Origin: Candidatus Thorarchaeota archaeon SMTZ1-45
GTDB lineage: Archaea; Asgardarchaeota; Thorarchaeia; Thorarchaeales; Thorarchaeaceae
DNA length: 64,000 bases
NCBI GenBank assembly: GCA_001563335.1
Contig: LRSL01000081.1
Coordinates: 22,637-86,636 of the forward strand
Direction: 5' to 3'
Positions 50,001 to 61,900 of this stretch are shown here, piece after piece. The notes under the pieces were generated by a model that saw only the letters and a list, made by a program, of their open reading frames with translations, did no database searches and was not told where the DNA came from. The first letter of the stretch is position 1. Every line of letters starts with the position of its first letter. The translations under genes and the position numbers were made by a program.

Positions 50001-52998
50001 AAATGCCCATCACATCAAGTACCGATGAAGATACCATGACCTGCGTGCTTGTAGTAATTACTTCTGGGAGTCTGTTATTGCCAACTGAATCTGTAACTCC
50101 AGTCAATGTCCACTCTGCAGAATTGGTTAAGTTGAAGCTGATGTCACTGATGCCAACAGGAGGATTTACGAAGACATTAGCGGTCCATGTTACATCAGTA
50201 CCATTACTCACGCTGAATGATGTACCTTCTTGGAAGTTACTATCAAGAGTCAGTCCATCATAAGCAACACCGAGTTTCAGTCTTGGTAGGATTTTAACGG
50301 TAGATGGATTAGTTGTTGTGAAAATGAGCGTTGTTGAGTCTTCAATTTGGGCCGTCTGCTCCTCTCCTACTGTAAAAAAGCTTTCAGGGTCGTATTGATT
50401 CGCATACTCGGTTTGAATCCACGGAAGAGATGTATAACCCTCTTTGAAACGAATTTCATCCATTGTCCCACAAAATGCTTCATCGGGACTCGTCGACCCA
50501 AGCAAGAAGGAGCTAGCATCATTTAGTAATCTGTCCCCAGTCCCCACTAGCTCATTATATGAATCAAAAAGACCACCATTCACATAAGAGTATGCCCTCA
50601 GCCTGCCATCGCCTGAGCTTTCATATTTCATCACTATATAGTTCCAGACTCGGTTTCTGATTGTAATTGTTAGATAGCTGGTACCGCTACTCTGAAATCG
50701 CACATCAATCTGAAAAGATCCATCTGAGCCTCCCCATGTGTAGACACGAGCCATAGCCAAAGAATTCCCCTTATAGAAAACATTTGGTTCGCTTACTCCT
50801 CCTTGCCACTCTGAATCGCTACTAAAGTCTGGATACATCCAAAGTGAAAGCTGCCAGTCTGACCAGCCATTTGCAATATCCTCTCCTCCATCAACCAAGA
50901 TATAGCTGTCTCCTGAATTCTGCAAGTATCTCGCTCCATCAATCTTTCCATTATCCATAAAGATAGCACCTGTGGGAGTGCCATCATGACCGAATGAGCT
51001 TGAGTCTTTCAAATAAGCTCCAGAACCAGACGATTCGGACATATGCCAGATGCTCTGATATCTATCCTGCCAAACACCAAGAGGGCTCTCCATACTACTA
51101 ATGTCTGGATCACCATACCGCATGCTTATGGTTGTGTCAATTGAAGAGGATAGAAATGGGACTCGCACCCATGCAACCAAATGAGCATGGGTTAAATTAT
51201 AGTTCGAATCATATAGCTCCATCTGATAATCAAGCTGTTCATTGCCAATCCAGAATCTGATGTCATCTCCATCTTCTTGAGCATTGACTTTCAAGTCGCT
51301 GTCAAAAATGTCTATTAAGACTGGGAAATCTTGAAGGTCTGCACTGACTTTTGTGTGGTCAACAACAATATCCTTCTTGTATTTGAACAACGAAATGCTA
51401 TCTTCTGGCAGGGGTATCATGAAGTCCACAAAAAGTCTAGCAAGATCTACTCCGCCATAGCTAGATGTTCCTTTGATTCTGTTATAGTCATTATAGCTGT
51501 CTGAGAACATATAATCAAGCATGATACAGACGTAGTTGCCGCTTGACCACTCATCCCTCGAAATAACGCCCTGAACCAACGAAGATATGTCTGGTGACAT
51601 GTACCTGGTACTTGCGACCCACGAATTCAGCAACCAGTTTACACTTGTTGTGCTCCAGTCGTATCTATCCTCGAGATGCGGGAGACCACTACTGAAAGGC
51701 GCAAAACTATCCTCTTGAGCCACGTACACTCGAAGTCCATTGTTACCTCCGCCCACTGAACTCTGTGCTTCAATTTCTAGTTTCGCGGAGGTTATAACTG
51801 CACCATTTGGTATATCTAGCAGGAACTGAAATGCAGTCTGATACTTGCTAGCATCACTCCACGCTGTCCCTTTAACACCTACATCCATTGGAGAAGAAAC
51901 AATTCCTGTTGTAGGGTTATCAGAGCAGTCACGATATACTCCATCAGGGACATAAGGTGATACACTCCCAGATACAGTACTTGTTAAAATACTCTGATTT
52001 ACACTGAGGCCAATTTGCTCTGGGAATGGTCGAGCCTCAAAGACAGCTTTGATTTCATCAATGTAAACATAATTGTTTATATTAGATGAAGGTTGACCTG
52101 AGAAGTCAGTGCTCAGACCAATTGAAACTGAAACAGAACCAGGCACTGGGATGTTCGAGAATACAGAAGCGGGAACATCAACAGTTTTCTGAATCCATGT
52201 ATCAGTAGTATAACCCACACTTAGTACATTGAACTTAGCTTCGTAGCTTCCGACTCTTACGAACAAGTAGAACATACCAGTTAACGTCTGACCACTCGGT
52301 ACCCTGTGATAGAATGATATTTTGCTGGAGTACACTTCTCTCCATGGTAATTGGACCTGCTGGCTAAGACAGATCTCCATATTTGGATTAAGAGTCTTGG
52401 TTGTATCAAATAGCACGCTAGGTCTCCATCCCATAGAACCTTCCCTACCAGCTCCTGCTGAAGTATACCAATAGAGTCCCCCATGTCCGGGATGGATTGT
52501 TGAGTCACCGCTCTTTAAAAGTGACCAATCATCAGGCACATAGAATGTTTCTGAATTCCATGCGGAACCAGTTATGATGCAACGTTCTGAATGGTAGTAA
52601 TCAAGAAGCTCGTTCGTCAATCCTCCAACTTCTGTAGAAATATGTTCTATTGTTCCACTTAGAGCATCTACAGTCCAGCCTTGAGGTGCAGCGATAGAAA
52701 CTGCTGCTGGTGCTGATGAATCGAGCATAACAATAGGCTGGGTGGCATTAGAGAACAAGCCATCAAAGGTAACTGGTTGTGATGCCCCGGTTGAACTGTA
52801 CCCTTGAGACCCTTCTGCTGGTTCAAACCAATATGGTGAGCTATTACTGATGGACTTCTCACTAGCCAAATCAGACTGGTCTGAAGTGAATCCTGTAGGA
52901 GAACAGAATATTAGCAGAATGATACACGAAATTATGACTCTAGACCACACCCGCTTCCATCTCTTTATCTGATTTGCAAAGGTAATATTTGGACTCAC
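41077..52998 (-). CDS. Giant single-pass cell-surface protein (3973 aa): signal/TM, DNRLRE-like, DUF2341, LamG, long Ig-like stalk, TM, ~400-aa cytoplasmic tail
   Basis: N-terminal hydrophobic segment after a basic stretch; DFPVLIDI...DGDDIRF...AWV.VP (DUF2341); WHMSE...G.MDEIR (LamG); ~100-aa repeats with GNG.Y.I..(N/D)T..L..G.Y; TM at ~42298-42357; GTG start with AGGAGGTGA RBS. Confidence 0.88.
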   Translation of the reverse strand: MSPNITFANQIKRWKRVWSRVIISCIILLIFCSPTGFTSDQSDLASEKSISNSSPYWFEPAEGSQGYSSTGASQPVTFDGLFSNATQPIVMLDSSAPAAVSIAAPQGWTVDALSGTIEHISTEVGGLTNELLDYYHSERCIITGSAWNSETFYVPDDWSLLKSGDSTIHPGHGGLYWYTSAGAGREGSMGWRPSVLFDTTKTLNPNMEICLSQQVQLPWREVYSSKISFYHRVPSGQTLTGMFYLFVRVGSYEAKFNVLSVGYTTDTWIQKTVDVPASVFSNIPVPGSVSVSIGLSTDFSGQPSSNINNYVYIDEIKAVFEARPFPEQIGLSVNQSILTSTVSGSVSPYVPDGVYRDCSDNPTTGIVSSPMDVGVKGTAWSDASKYQTAFQFLLDIPNGAVITSAKLEIEAQSSVGGGNNGLRVYVAQEDSFAPFSSGLPHLEDRYDWSTTSVNWLLNSWVASTRYMSPDISSLVQGVISRDEWSSGNYVCIMLDYMFSDSYNDYNRIKGTSSYGGVDLARLFVDFMIPLPEDSISLFKYKKDIVVDHTKVSADLQDFPVLIDIFDSDLKVNAQEDGDDIRFWIGNEQLDYQMELYDSNYNLTHAHLVAWVRVPFLSSSIDTTISMRYGDPDISSMESPLGVWQDRYQSIWHMSESSGSGAYLKDSSSFGHDGTPTGAIFMDNGKIDGARYLQNSGDSYILVDGGEDIANGWSDWQLSLWMYPDFSSDSEWQGGVSEPNVFYKGNSLAMARVYTWGGSDGSFQIDVRFQSSGTSYLTITIRNRVWNYIVMKYESSGDGRLRAYSYVNGGLFDSYNELVGTGDRLLNDASSFLLGSTSPDEAFCGTMDEIRFKEGYTSLPWIQTEYANQYDPESFFTVGEEQTAQIEDSTTLIFTTTNPSTVKILPRLKLGVAYDGLTLDSNFQEGTSFSVSNGTDVTWTANVFVNPPVGISDISFNLTNSAEWTLTGVTDSVGNNRLPEVITTSTQVMVSSSVLDVMGIWTFTFFSSNEASLLECGVNAGVYGNTVELQIGDQAKFRGTATVIPGSAMRLYLVDPSGQIFYSTEDLSQDGSGQFEWTGISVTSAWPNGLWDAYVDFNNTADSSPEGVGRYNRLFTVRHASSLNLLSPADAVGDGVAVRTAGELLEVEVQLTNTETAESVTGSTIMMNWSALGVETQAQFEDYGNGIYGKTLNTSDLGQPGNWRLNIVSSHPYLIDATTYFDLELSHNTVLTYRTPASVPYGDDFSVRVNLRDAITGTYYNGASFTSNGTISGVTDYNNGTYLVNIDSTGFSIGTYCFKLNAFPTQSFVIESSVDVVFLYRNIKTDLVQVEINPVSVPWSKNATVVLNWQDLDHGGLGISGGTLSGDGTFQYVDLLDGRYSIQLDVDSYSVGIYMFNFTISDTNYQSSAITVAVTVRPHRTLVVATYDSSIPMGSNVTVTLELLDRDAGNAAIIGNLSSVSAEWTGGSAEYGSLQILIESQDWMMGIYTIDITVFTTTSPRFFYDGTIAILLNIQKLTTALSWDNIDVFPIGDDFEITTYVTVNDSSSIYDGMPVNGLLQSHFSIRDKNGTLYSIKTFSAQGSGNYVLTLDQSYFPGGSYGIRIFLVFGVAENYSNTQTPIISFQFTQARCDLSSPDYPLLTISYNTDAIVTLEFIDIDRGLGIDTATIYVTGSFKLGQQLISNGRYRVTLDTSAWSIGVYTVNFTASALTYDNKTISIDIQVRQIRTFATATVGALEIPVGDSRTFYVDYIDMDHDLPILTISHLCNWTPAHYDIAWIGNRYSITIHTFDSDALTSYLLVFVFSAGAEYESATFNVTLTIRSIKTELRLLSPVEDTTPSGQIEISVYYGDRDHLLGIVSSNVLCTVWNATDQLTIMWYNDTSAGYYMITIDASQFGGLGVQQLTVFFNWTGSIQKYENRYLSVSVETVGEDTDLTLIEAALPSPCLDYMVYSFLYSSTTMGTGISNDTFNVFISVEFIGVTVDLSQVDIWEIDSIGRPGEYSIGFNNSILGRTGIISMKVFINWSAGVSPFYTNRTDLISVRVLPRTASLSVIPPTNVPFGENATFSFTYEDTTGGTSSPIVYDALAMTLSLNVLDFTLTYSAIEDLYTISFNTSQLGAPLGARVLILNLTWSGLPFYSNITGRSIGITLIERQTLLTYPTPPATPYGDNAAFTVTYVDIAGLTSKAVIDTVIEVYIGVTMIPSSYVQITHLGSGEYQIDLNTSYFSQPGVYSLRIEASSGQFYYQARSATKSFTVDFRATILTAETIGSIPYGSSFSIVLQYQDLDTLTPIGNGTGIMTNLEILNGTDWLFTCSWRPSQQNYLLTVETNNQALELSQIYSLWLNFSSEYAVPFYQWNDIMVSFEMRERDTSLDLISSPSQTRYQDYANFTVLFKDTLSSSGISGGTISVYYGLVLLTPTIDYDIIEVSAGLFAISVDSSVLGPPGVKTLQVIANWSAGPPHYSDAQRTINIPVTERPSNVEIVFPPGQTWYLDNVTMDFAFVDISTGERVVVAFSDVKIYSGPILLSYGEYVLQSMGQIYRLQINSTVLSVNLVSNWNITIQVDWTTGAPYYRDDVTSVFVNTIGRVGNVDFNQIEQTPYGDLMNISLTYTDQRTGAGIEGATIILDCIEVPGLVEGVDYWVQIGTGVDSGKYKIIVSTSSLGSLGVFTFEIEVQWSALVSPFYGNIVSPEVQGRVREIQTSVSSDLPSPSVVAFYEDVSFVIQFTDTDHGLPINGALGQISIIYASTMLEPSSWSAQALGSGQYNVTLSMMDSLSVGLQSVIVSINLSPYEMAQTSVVFGLRNRVGGLSAVIAPTNYAGYATSVIIYLVDYDANDSPLPGAILGLIWGDSSSYVDFGDGSYNVTLQTSNLDYGSQILNVQANLLHYTITSLNVEINLLPVPSELLVTWSGPRLTSEIYWGEPLTIFAAINDTLRNQTVSVATITYDWIGGTGSFVPSGVSGNYTTILDTSLGSISDTIIVMISGSAPNYIDASYQLVFRLLPRPMEVIPEGNRYVFTVSYGSTAEIIVYIEDSLDSTLVTEATLTAEWDYGTNLTLVEIPSRPGYYRLQIVTGSVGFGSYQIHIDAEKQNYGDTSATLIMAISKIQMVVWLDNVTATYEYTSFYWSEVVRIGVYVLAPALNATHPFSTGLDGLVVTWNSPELGTNGTLVNGILTGGSGYYYYDFNTSQGIAALHTFIISANPPNLDYERADNSTSIFVKNLEATIVSPGSPEFVWGWAGLVNVTYYDDFHAQGMQADFSAYSWAGGFGSASYQGGGVYGIPINTTTLRPGTYTITIEFRKANYEDVELTIRIHISTVPTEITILLPELYRVGDSWTNLRVPYGDILTVTLLYNDTNSARGIPDASYNTSFYSGPGVYEEPLILTNHGNGNYSFVFNTPDWNLFSRVSFHIRFMLENYTTAVFVFEITIITIQTNLEIDGPSVMPLHWGMNTTFWVYYSDAWPGHSGEGITDATFVVDNQHPDFATVEYLGPDASRPGYYQFRVIAHRAQGSAVVTIKFNKTYYDANEVIFTVPVSPSPEDIAMQNMITYGGALIIILILGSLVWVRVLRVPKIIRIISGQIRQVRRGKVPKRAKDAKTRQALLAEIFNELYEPTGLRRKASQMPGEPIIIEVPEIDELIIDLSILTGMTQQELDDFRLEISKMKMSQQTSFVREVIRQEVIRVAGVQNKPLEQVIEEVVEERRRRIGGTAPPTKPEIYMAVEEEAEVVEEEGIDFENRMREFELEEMASELEKRGIPKHEIESFIIQARDLPKDIVEMLLQSFQPKEKVEEAEKAIEHLTEEEIEELRAELIKRNATDREIKSIIDQARSLPRELALDLFKEPEEPPKKKSAKKVKAFSKEELKGLRAELVKKRVPKKEIESIMKQAKTVERDKIEDFLKTIEGLVPREEPEEIEFEDRLTELEVEELRMQLEQRGLPEEEIDSIVKQAKGLPSALIEDLLKSIDADLEKE
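41080..41778 (-). repeat. Four ~45-aa helical repeats in the cytoplasmic tail
   Basis: Consensus L..EE.EELR.EL.KRG.P..EI.SI..QA+.LP......LL..I. Confidence 0.85.
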
Positions 52999-55900
52999 TT
53001 GTCTTCACCTCCTTTTCCAAGGATGCTCTTCAGAAGTTCCTCTGCAAGTTCCCTCGGAAGTTCACGGGTCTGATCCATGATAGTTTCTAGTTCACTTCCC
53101 TTAATACCCGCATCCATTAACCGCTGACGTATCTCTTTTAGCTCATCTTCACCAAGCATATCAGTCGAATCGACTTCTTCAACTTCTATTGGCTCGAGAA
53201 TAGTTTCCTCTACTTCTTTGGCGTCTTCTGGTTTAACATACTCTTTCACTGGTTCACGTTCTAGAACTTCATCAATCTCTTCTCCTGCCAGAATTGCTCG
53301 TGCCTTGGCCGCAGTTTCCTCTAGAATCGTTTCCATTGGCTTTCTCTCGGTTCTCCCCTGCTTGATGGCTTCCTGATTAATCACTTCCTTGACAAAGGTA
53401 ACTTGCTCACTCAGTTTCATTTTTGAAACATCTAGCTTAAAGTCTTCAAGTTCATCAGGAGTCAACTTTGACAGGATTGATAGTTGAACAAGCAATTCTT
53501 CTATTTCAGGAACCTCAGTAGTAATTGCCTCACCTGGCATACTGGACGCTGTCTTTGAAATGCCAACGGGTTTTGCAATGTCATTGAACAGGTCTGCAAC
53601 CATCTCTTGCCTGGTAGGAACATTATCTGGAGGTTCAGGAATCTTCCCTCTACTAATGGTTCTCACCATTCCTCTGATCTCTCGTAATCGCTTTGGCACA
53701 CTGAATAATCGAGTCCACAAGACTACTCCAGCCAAGATTATGATTCCAATAGGCACACCAAAGATGATAGCACGTTCGAGAAGAATATCAAAATCAGAAG
53801 GTTCCACTGAAACTGCGATATTCACACTAGCAGACTCGTAATTCTCTTTTGATAGGATAACCGAAATGATTGTTGAGCCTTGGGTCCTTTGAGACCGTAG
53901 TCTGATTTCATACCATCCAGACCGGGAGGGATCGGATTGATTCAACGAAACAATCACATATCGAGTGTCTAGACTTGTTGCGTTTATTGAACCTCCTGCT
54001 ATACCTTCCCCTGCATGACCAACCCATGTATCATAATAGAATACCCATACGCTGAATTCTGCCCCGTAGCTCATGCTCACAGAAGTCGACCCCTCGATTT
54101 GGAGTCCAGTAGGAACATGAATAATTGTGATTTGTATGTTTATTGAAGCTCGACTCCAGTTTCCTAGGAAAAAGCTCAGAATCACTCTGTATGGAATTTG
54201 ACTAACTGTCCAACGTGTTGTATCAAATAATAAACTGTAATTCCCGTTTGATATTTCTTCAATCGAAAGATAATCCCTATCAGGAATTCCTGGACCGAGA
54301 ACAACACCTGTTATTTCAGTCGCACCTGGAATTCCCCTGTTGTACCAAGTGTCATTATAGAACATGATTACTGGAAGAATATCACCATATGGTACTTGTA
54401 AGTTCAGACTGTCTTCGTCAATTTGATTCAAGGTAGGTGCAAACACACTGATTGCTGTAGGCACCTCTTTCACAATGAGTGTGAAGATCCCTGTTCCAGT
54501 CTTGTAGTTGTCCATCAGGAAGCGGACAGAAACTGGGTAGATACCAGGTGATACTAATGATGCATTGATAAAGACTTGATAGGTTCCATTACCAATGAAT
54601 CTGTATAAACTCTCAGTGCCATCCCAATCTACGGTGACGGATGCACCAGCTATTCCTCTGTCATATAGAAGATCCCAATAGGTGAGATTAACCCATCCTG
54701 TCCAACCCCAGATTTTGGGACTGAGATATGTTGATTCGACAGAGGTTTCAATTGACTCTATGATGAGAGTCGTGAGATTACTTGAATAAGCAAACATCCC
54801 AATATTAGGATAAGCAGTAATTCTCAGAGTGTAGGTAGACGCACTATAGTCCCATGTTTCAAAGTCGAAGTAGAAGTAACCTGGTCCTCCAATTGATGTT
54901 CCATTCAAAAATTCACCAGTGAACGCTGTTCCCGATAGTGACCATAGGACAGTGCAATTTGTTAGACCTGTTGATAATGGATAAGACTCGTTTAATGATG
55001 GTGCAAGAACATATACTCCTATTCGAATTGTGTCTGACCAGTTGAAGGTTCGAGTACTATAGGTGGAGGTAAGTGCGTCAAGCCAAACACTTGTTGAAAT
55101 TTGTTTGATTATTGCAGTCGCAGAGGTAGTTGCTATAAGGTAGTTTGTTCTCTCTGCAGTTATAGTGAGGACATATTCTCCAACGAATAGGTCAGTGGTA
55201 TCAACGAATCCAGAATAATATCCATTCTTTCCTGGAACTGCGGTAAGGATGATTTCAATTTCATCCTGGAAGATATAAGTAACTCTGACAGTTGCTCCAA
55301 GTAATGGGAGATTGCTATAGGTATTGTTGACATAGACTGTAATGTTTACTGGAGTTCCCTTGAAAACTTCGGGTTGTGCTTCACTAATAATAGTCAATCC
55401 AATGGGCAGTTTCAGCACATTCACAGTGAGCTGGCCAGTTACTGTGACATAGTTCTTGAGAGTAGCTGTAATTGATACAACGTAGGTCGTAGCTATAGCG
55501 AGATTTCCTGTGTCGATAGTGAAGGAATAGTTGCCTGCCGGTGCACCTTCAATGAGAGTATCACTCAAAACTCCAAACTGATAAACAAGAGTTGCTCCAG
55601 ATATGAGGACACTATCTCTTGTATCGTTGAACATTGCCCAAATTGACATAGGTTCGCCCCAATAGACATCCTGAATTGTCTGAGGTAGAATAAGTTCTGT
55701 AGGTATGCTCTGGATTTGAATAGGTATAGATATGTCCGAGATGAAATAGTCACTTATCTGAGCACCAACGATGAGTGTGTAAAGACCTGCGTCAAGACTT
55801 GTTGTTGTCAGCGTTATATTGTATAAGCCCGGACCAATTGATGTATAATCTGGCGTATATCCAATGTCTGGCCAAGTTATAATCAGAGTGGCACCACTAA

Positions 55901-58900
55901 TCGGTGCATCACCCGCATCTTTGTCAACAAGCTCTACAATTACATATGTTGCTTCTCCAAAGTACGTACCTGGTGGTGTAAATTCATTCAATTCTCCTTG
56001 GCGAAGCCTGATTTGAAATGGCACCTGTATCTCGAGTGTCTGATAATCCGAGAATGACAAAGTTATGATGAATGAATTAGTTCCTGTAGCACCCGCATCG
56101 GAACAGTCTACAACCAACTCATATACGCCTGGCGATAACAGAGTTATGCTCCATGTAGCAGGTCCAGAGGCATTTGTCTTGTATCTTACTGAGAAAGAGC
56201 CCTCTGCACCACTAATTGGAATGCCATGATCCAAATCTATGAGGTTCAAAATGACAGAAACATTGTCATTTATTGGTACAGTCGAAGGATCTGGCTCCTC
56301 ATTCGTGAGCTGTGCCTGAATTAGTCGGACTGATCCTTGAAGGAATATTGTGGTTGTATTTCTGTAAAATGGCGCAAGTGTGGGGCTCCAAAGTAAACGT
56401 AGTGAGAATGTGAAGGTGCCTGTACCGCCTAGACTCGTAGAGTCAACAAGGATTGAGTAATTACCTTCATTTCGGAAGATCCAGAAATCAGTGCCCTCAA
56501 TAAGACCACTTGGACTGAAACAGTCGAAACTCACAATTGCATCATTAATTCCTATACCTGTTGAATCATCTACATATTCGAAATTGAATGTCATGTTGTC
56601 ATATATAGGCACAGTTGGTGCAACATCGCGGATGATGACTCCGACCCTATTGACCACAGTCACCCGAGCTGATGCTCGACCATCTGAATAGTATGGTGCA
56701 ACATTATCCTGCCAATCCATATAGAAAGTGATGTTCCAATTACTGATCAACCCTGAAAACAATACGGTCGAGTTAATAGATACCTCATAATTTGAACCAA
56801 GGTAGTTCATTGAGAAGTCGCTGTCTGGTAATAGAACTCCACCACTATATATCAACAAATGATCTTTGTTGAGTTGAATTGCTTGTCCTGTTGCTTCATC
56901 ACTATACCTAATCGTAAATGTGACATTCTCAAGGAATTTTACTTGTGTTGTCGATACTAATGTTTCAGTAACAGAGTTTCTCTTTGTAACACTCAGCGTG
57001 AGGCTTATTATGGAAGTTGAGTAATATGGTGCGTTCGATGTCCAAGATGCTCTTAGCACGAGGTTAACGGTTGTACCAGCTGGTCCCAATGCAGTAGTAT
57101 TCAGCGAAATGAAATAGAAGCCATCTGCAGGACTCTGTAGTACATAGTCCACCCCTTCCACTAGGTCCATTCCCCCTACTGTTAGAGTAATGGTCGCTCC
57201 GGCGATTCCATCTAAAGACAACGAATCTTGATAGTATGCTGTAAAGTTGACGTTCTCAAGATATTGTGTTGGTTCTGGCGATGAGGTCAGTTCCAGATTT
57301 GTTGCTCGCTCTCGTAGAGTAAATGAAACAAATGCTTCAGCTGACAAATAGAATGGTGAGGCGTCTGGATAGCTGACCTCAATCCAAAGAACGTATTCCC
57401 TATTTATCTCAAGATTTTGATTATATGTTTGAACTGTGAGAAGATAATCTTCTGAAGCACCTCGCCATATTGAAGTGAAGAACCATGAACTTCCGTTCAA
57501 GATTTGAATGGATGTTAATGTTGTAGTATTTCCGATATCAGCTAGAGTCAACAAATCACTGTAATGAAACACTAATTCGAGTGAGTTGTTGTATGCCATT
57601 TCTTCAACCGGCTCAACAAGAAGCACTGTCAGTCTATATCGCAAACTGAGTGATCGTGATGAAGTGACTACTGCATAATAGAAATGACCTGTACTCATTT
57701 CTACTGAGATGGAATATGTCCCTGGTCTGTTGAAGTATGTTGTCTTAAGTTCAATTTCGTATTCTCCATTTCCGAGGGGTGTGAAGGAGTATTCGGATAT
57801 TGGAATTATCTGTGTGCCATTATACAGAGTGACTGACCCGTCGTTGATTGGTTGGTGTGGTCCAAGCGTGATATCAGTGAATGTGAGATGTAGAGTTACA
57901 TTGTCACCATAAGGTGTTGGACTGATAGTCGAATAATCAAACTCAGTTTCACGGAATCTGACGCTTATGATGACTGGTCTTCCAGTCACATTAGCATAAT
58001 ATGGTGCTCCAGTCCAGGTCACACCTATTGTGAACTGTCGATTTCCAAGTGGAGCTCCTAAGATGCTTGTATTAAAGGAAACATGAAACATCCTCGTAGA
58101 TTCGTTATATGTTATCGAGAAGTCTGGTAGTCCAATTGTGACACTCATCTGGCTACTGTTTGCTATACTGTAGGTACTACCTTCTGCTACATCATCAAAT
58201 GAGAATGAAAAGGTTGCATTCACTCCGAAGGGAGTACTTTCCGGTGGGATCAAATTGATCAGGGTGCTTCTTGGAATGATGCGAACCGACACGGTATCCG
58301 TCCAGTTGCCATAGAATGGTTCTTGAGTCTTGGACCAATTTACATATACAATCATCGTATATGTTCCCGGTCCAGCGAATATCGTACTATTGAACTCAAT
58401 CGAATAATATCCTGGATTACCAATATCCTCAGTGATTGTAAATAATGAGGGACTAAAGGATTGACCAACAACCTCTATGTATATGAACACGTTTCCTGCT
58501 GGTGCAGACAAGTTGGAGATACCATTACCACTGTAAAGCTCACTGTAGAGATATGTATAACTCAGGTTTCCAAGGTATGGAGTAGGTTCAGCAGAATCAA
58601 TCAAATCAAGTTCTGAAGCCTCTCCTATTATCTTCACAAAAGCTACGGCAGAGCGGTCATAGTACTTCTGAACAGGTCCTGTCCAGTTAAAGAATACAGT
58701 CAGTTCGTAGATGCCTGAGCTACCTAAATTAGTGGCTGCAAATCTGATTATGTAGTAACCATTTCCTAGAAGTGTATCATTTTCAACGGTTGCAAGAATC
58801 CATCCAGACTCTCCGTATATGGATAGGTTAACTGGTGCATCAATAATTCCTGCATCATTATCGAGATCACCACAATAGACAGATATGTTGACCATTGCAT

Positions 58901-61900
58901 TGTAGCTCGTAGGTTCTACAGCGCTCGCAAGTCTAAACTCAGTCAAGTGAGTCCTCAGAATTATACTTAGGTTGAAGTAACCAAACTGATAGTTGGGTCC
59001 TTTTGAAAAATTAAAGATAACCAAGTATGAGCTAAGTCCATTTGTGTCCATACTAGGTAGTTCAATTCTATATTGGTCTCCAGTCCAACTAACAACCAAA
59101 GGATAGGTCCAGTTATGGTCTATAGTTGCTCCAATAATCGGTTCATCATGTGTGATGTCCCAATAGTCTGCATAAAAGACAGCAGTGTCCCCGACTGGTA
59201 AATCAACAATAGTGACTGAAGATCTTGCATACGCATATGCAATTTGGACGAGAATCTGGAATGTCAATGTCTTAGCCTGATAGCTACTTGCGTCAGCTGT
59301 CAGATTCACCTCATGAGCACCTAGATCCCATCCCTGAACAACTATCAGCACCTCATATACTCCGTTTCCAATGTGTTGCCAGACTATTGATGCCCCTTCT
59401 GAGGTTATTAAACCAGTAGTAATATTCTGAACGTGATCTATGTCAACATATAATAACCTAACAGTGACATTTGTATCAAAACTAGTTGTCACCGTTGGAT
59501 AGTCCGGGGATGATAGATAAGTCAGAATTGGACGATATGTGAATGGAACTTGAGGCGTATTGGTGTCCGTGTAATTTTCTGTTGGTAGGAAATCGACAAA
59601 AACGATAATCTTGTACTGCCCCTCTAGAAACCTCGCACTGTCAATTGTAATTTGATAGAGTCCATTTCCGAGGTTTGTGAAGCTCTCAAAGGTGTATAGT
59701 CCTCCTGTTTCGTTTCTTGCGCTAAAGTAGGACTGGTCAAGCCCTGTTATTGGCGTGCCGTCGATTGGGCTACCTGGCTCGCTCACATTCACATAGATGA
59801 ACATCACAAAGTCATTCCCATTTGGAAACGGTTCAAGTGGATCCCAACTTAGGTACACTTTCAGTTTTCGAATCTCAAGTTGGATTACAATGTAAGAATC
59901 CATGTAGAATCTTGGAAACTCTGTCGCACTTATTGACACATTAATGAAATATGAGCCAACTGCCCAACCGCTAGTATCCAGCCAGAAACCAAAAGCAGGG
60001 TAACTATCACTTCCAGTTCCCCAATCCAAGGTTATCTGGCTCAGATTCCCGCTCCCAACTCCAATAGAGTCAAGGTCTAAATCTAACCAAGAAACATCAA
60101 AGTACGCATCAGTTCCGACAGGAATAGTTGAGTTGTAATCCACACTTAGTGATGTTCTGTGCGCAAGAACTAGGATGCTTATTGTTGTTGTTGATGATTG
60201 ATAATTGAGTTTCGAGAAAGTCAAGTTAAAGTAGTAAGTTCCAGGTGCTAAAGAACTGACATCGATTGTTATGTTATAATAGCCACTCCCCTCCTCAAAA
60301 GTTTGAGTCTGGACAAATGGAGAAATTGAAAGACTTCCTCCCTCAACTCCAATTCCCGCATGGTCGATATCATACCAGTATATGCTTGTATTCGCTTGTT
60401 GACTCCATGGTGCTTCAACAGCATCTGGACTAAGAGGTGTTGCATCAGTAGCAATGGGTCGATAATTGAATTGAACATCGATAATACTACTCAGAAGGAA
60501 TGATGAACTAGGCTCAGCTGTGAACCTAAATGTATGCTCTCCTATAGATAACCCTGTACTATCAACTGATACGAGGTAAGTTCCATTTCCATAGTCGATA
60601 GGTGAACCTAGAATTGTACCATTGCATGAGATCGTCGCGCCTGATAATGGCGCATTATCGAACTGGTCCTTTAATGTCAATCTGATTTCAAAATCATCTC
60701 CATAAGGCGCATCAGGTGGAGGCACATAAGTCAGGAAGGTCCGATGCGAGAGATCCAAATAGAAGAAATCTGTTGTATTAGTGTAGAATGGATGTGATGC
60801 TTCAAGATCTAGCCGCCACCGTCCATAACCTCCCAAATCAGATGTGTTGAGTGTTTTGCCATATCTTCCATCTCCATAATCATTGAGCTGGACATCTGTA
60901 GGCATACCACTTACACTCCAGTTCATAGATACTGTTGCTCCACTCACCATGGCCGCATTCAATGTGTCCTCGAGCTCAAATTCAACATAGAGTTGTTCGC
61001 CAATGAGTTTGGTTGAAATTCCGTCTGCAATCGCATCTCCAGGTGCTGCGAGGTTGAGCGAAACACCACGCTTCACAATAAAGCTCCTTGAGAACATACC
61101 AACTCTATGATGCACAACAGAACTACCATCACTATATCGAGCAGTTGCAAGCCAAACTCCTGCAGGAACTGAAGTATCCAGATTGATGGATGCTGACTCT
61201 GAATACCCTATATTCTCTTCAATACTAACAGAGTAGAAACTACTTGGATCATATTGGTTCTCAAACTGGGTTTGAATCCAACCTGCTGAGCGTACAACAT
61301 CCGAAATACGAACCTCGTCAATCTGGCCATCCCATTCAGCACTCCAACCTCTGTCCTTTGGTTGGTCCCCATGTCCTATCCAGAAAGCTTTCTCGAAAGA
61401 TGAAGGTGCAATTGCATTTGTTTTCGCTAAGACATTGGGGTCTTGAATACCGTCCATATAGATTCTCATTAATGACCCATCGTATGTTGCAACAATATGA
61501 TGCCAAGAACTGCCAGTAACATCATTGGCTCCTCTAAGCTGATGGGTATCTCCTGGTAGACTAAAGGTTGGTTTTAACGTGGAGCTACCCCCATAATTGA
61601 CATACAGTGCATACCCATCGTACCAACCCTTGTGATTCATTATACCATAGACATGAGTATTAGGAGTGATGTCATGTTGGACCCAAGCTTCAAGGGTTAT
61701 TTGATAACCGTCAATATCCCATAGAGGACTATCACCACAGTCAATAAGATCGTAATATCCGTCAATGTTGTTGAAGTCCTGCCCCGAGCCTATCTTACCT
61801 GTTACCCGAGTTGGGATGAACGAACTGTTACCCTCACCACCTTGTCCATGATTCTTGTATTGGCTACTATCCAAATATTCATCGAGAGCTCCAGTTCCAC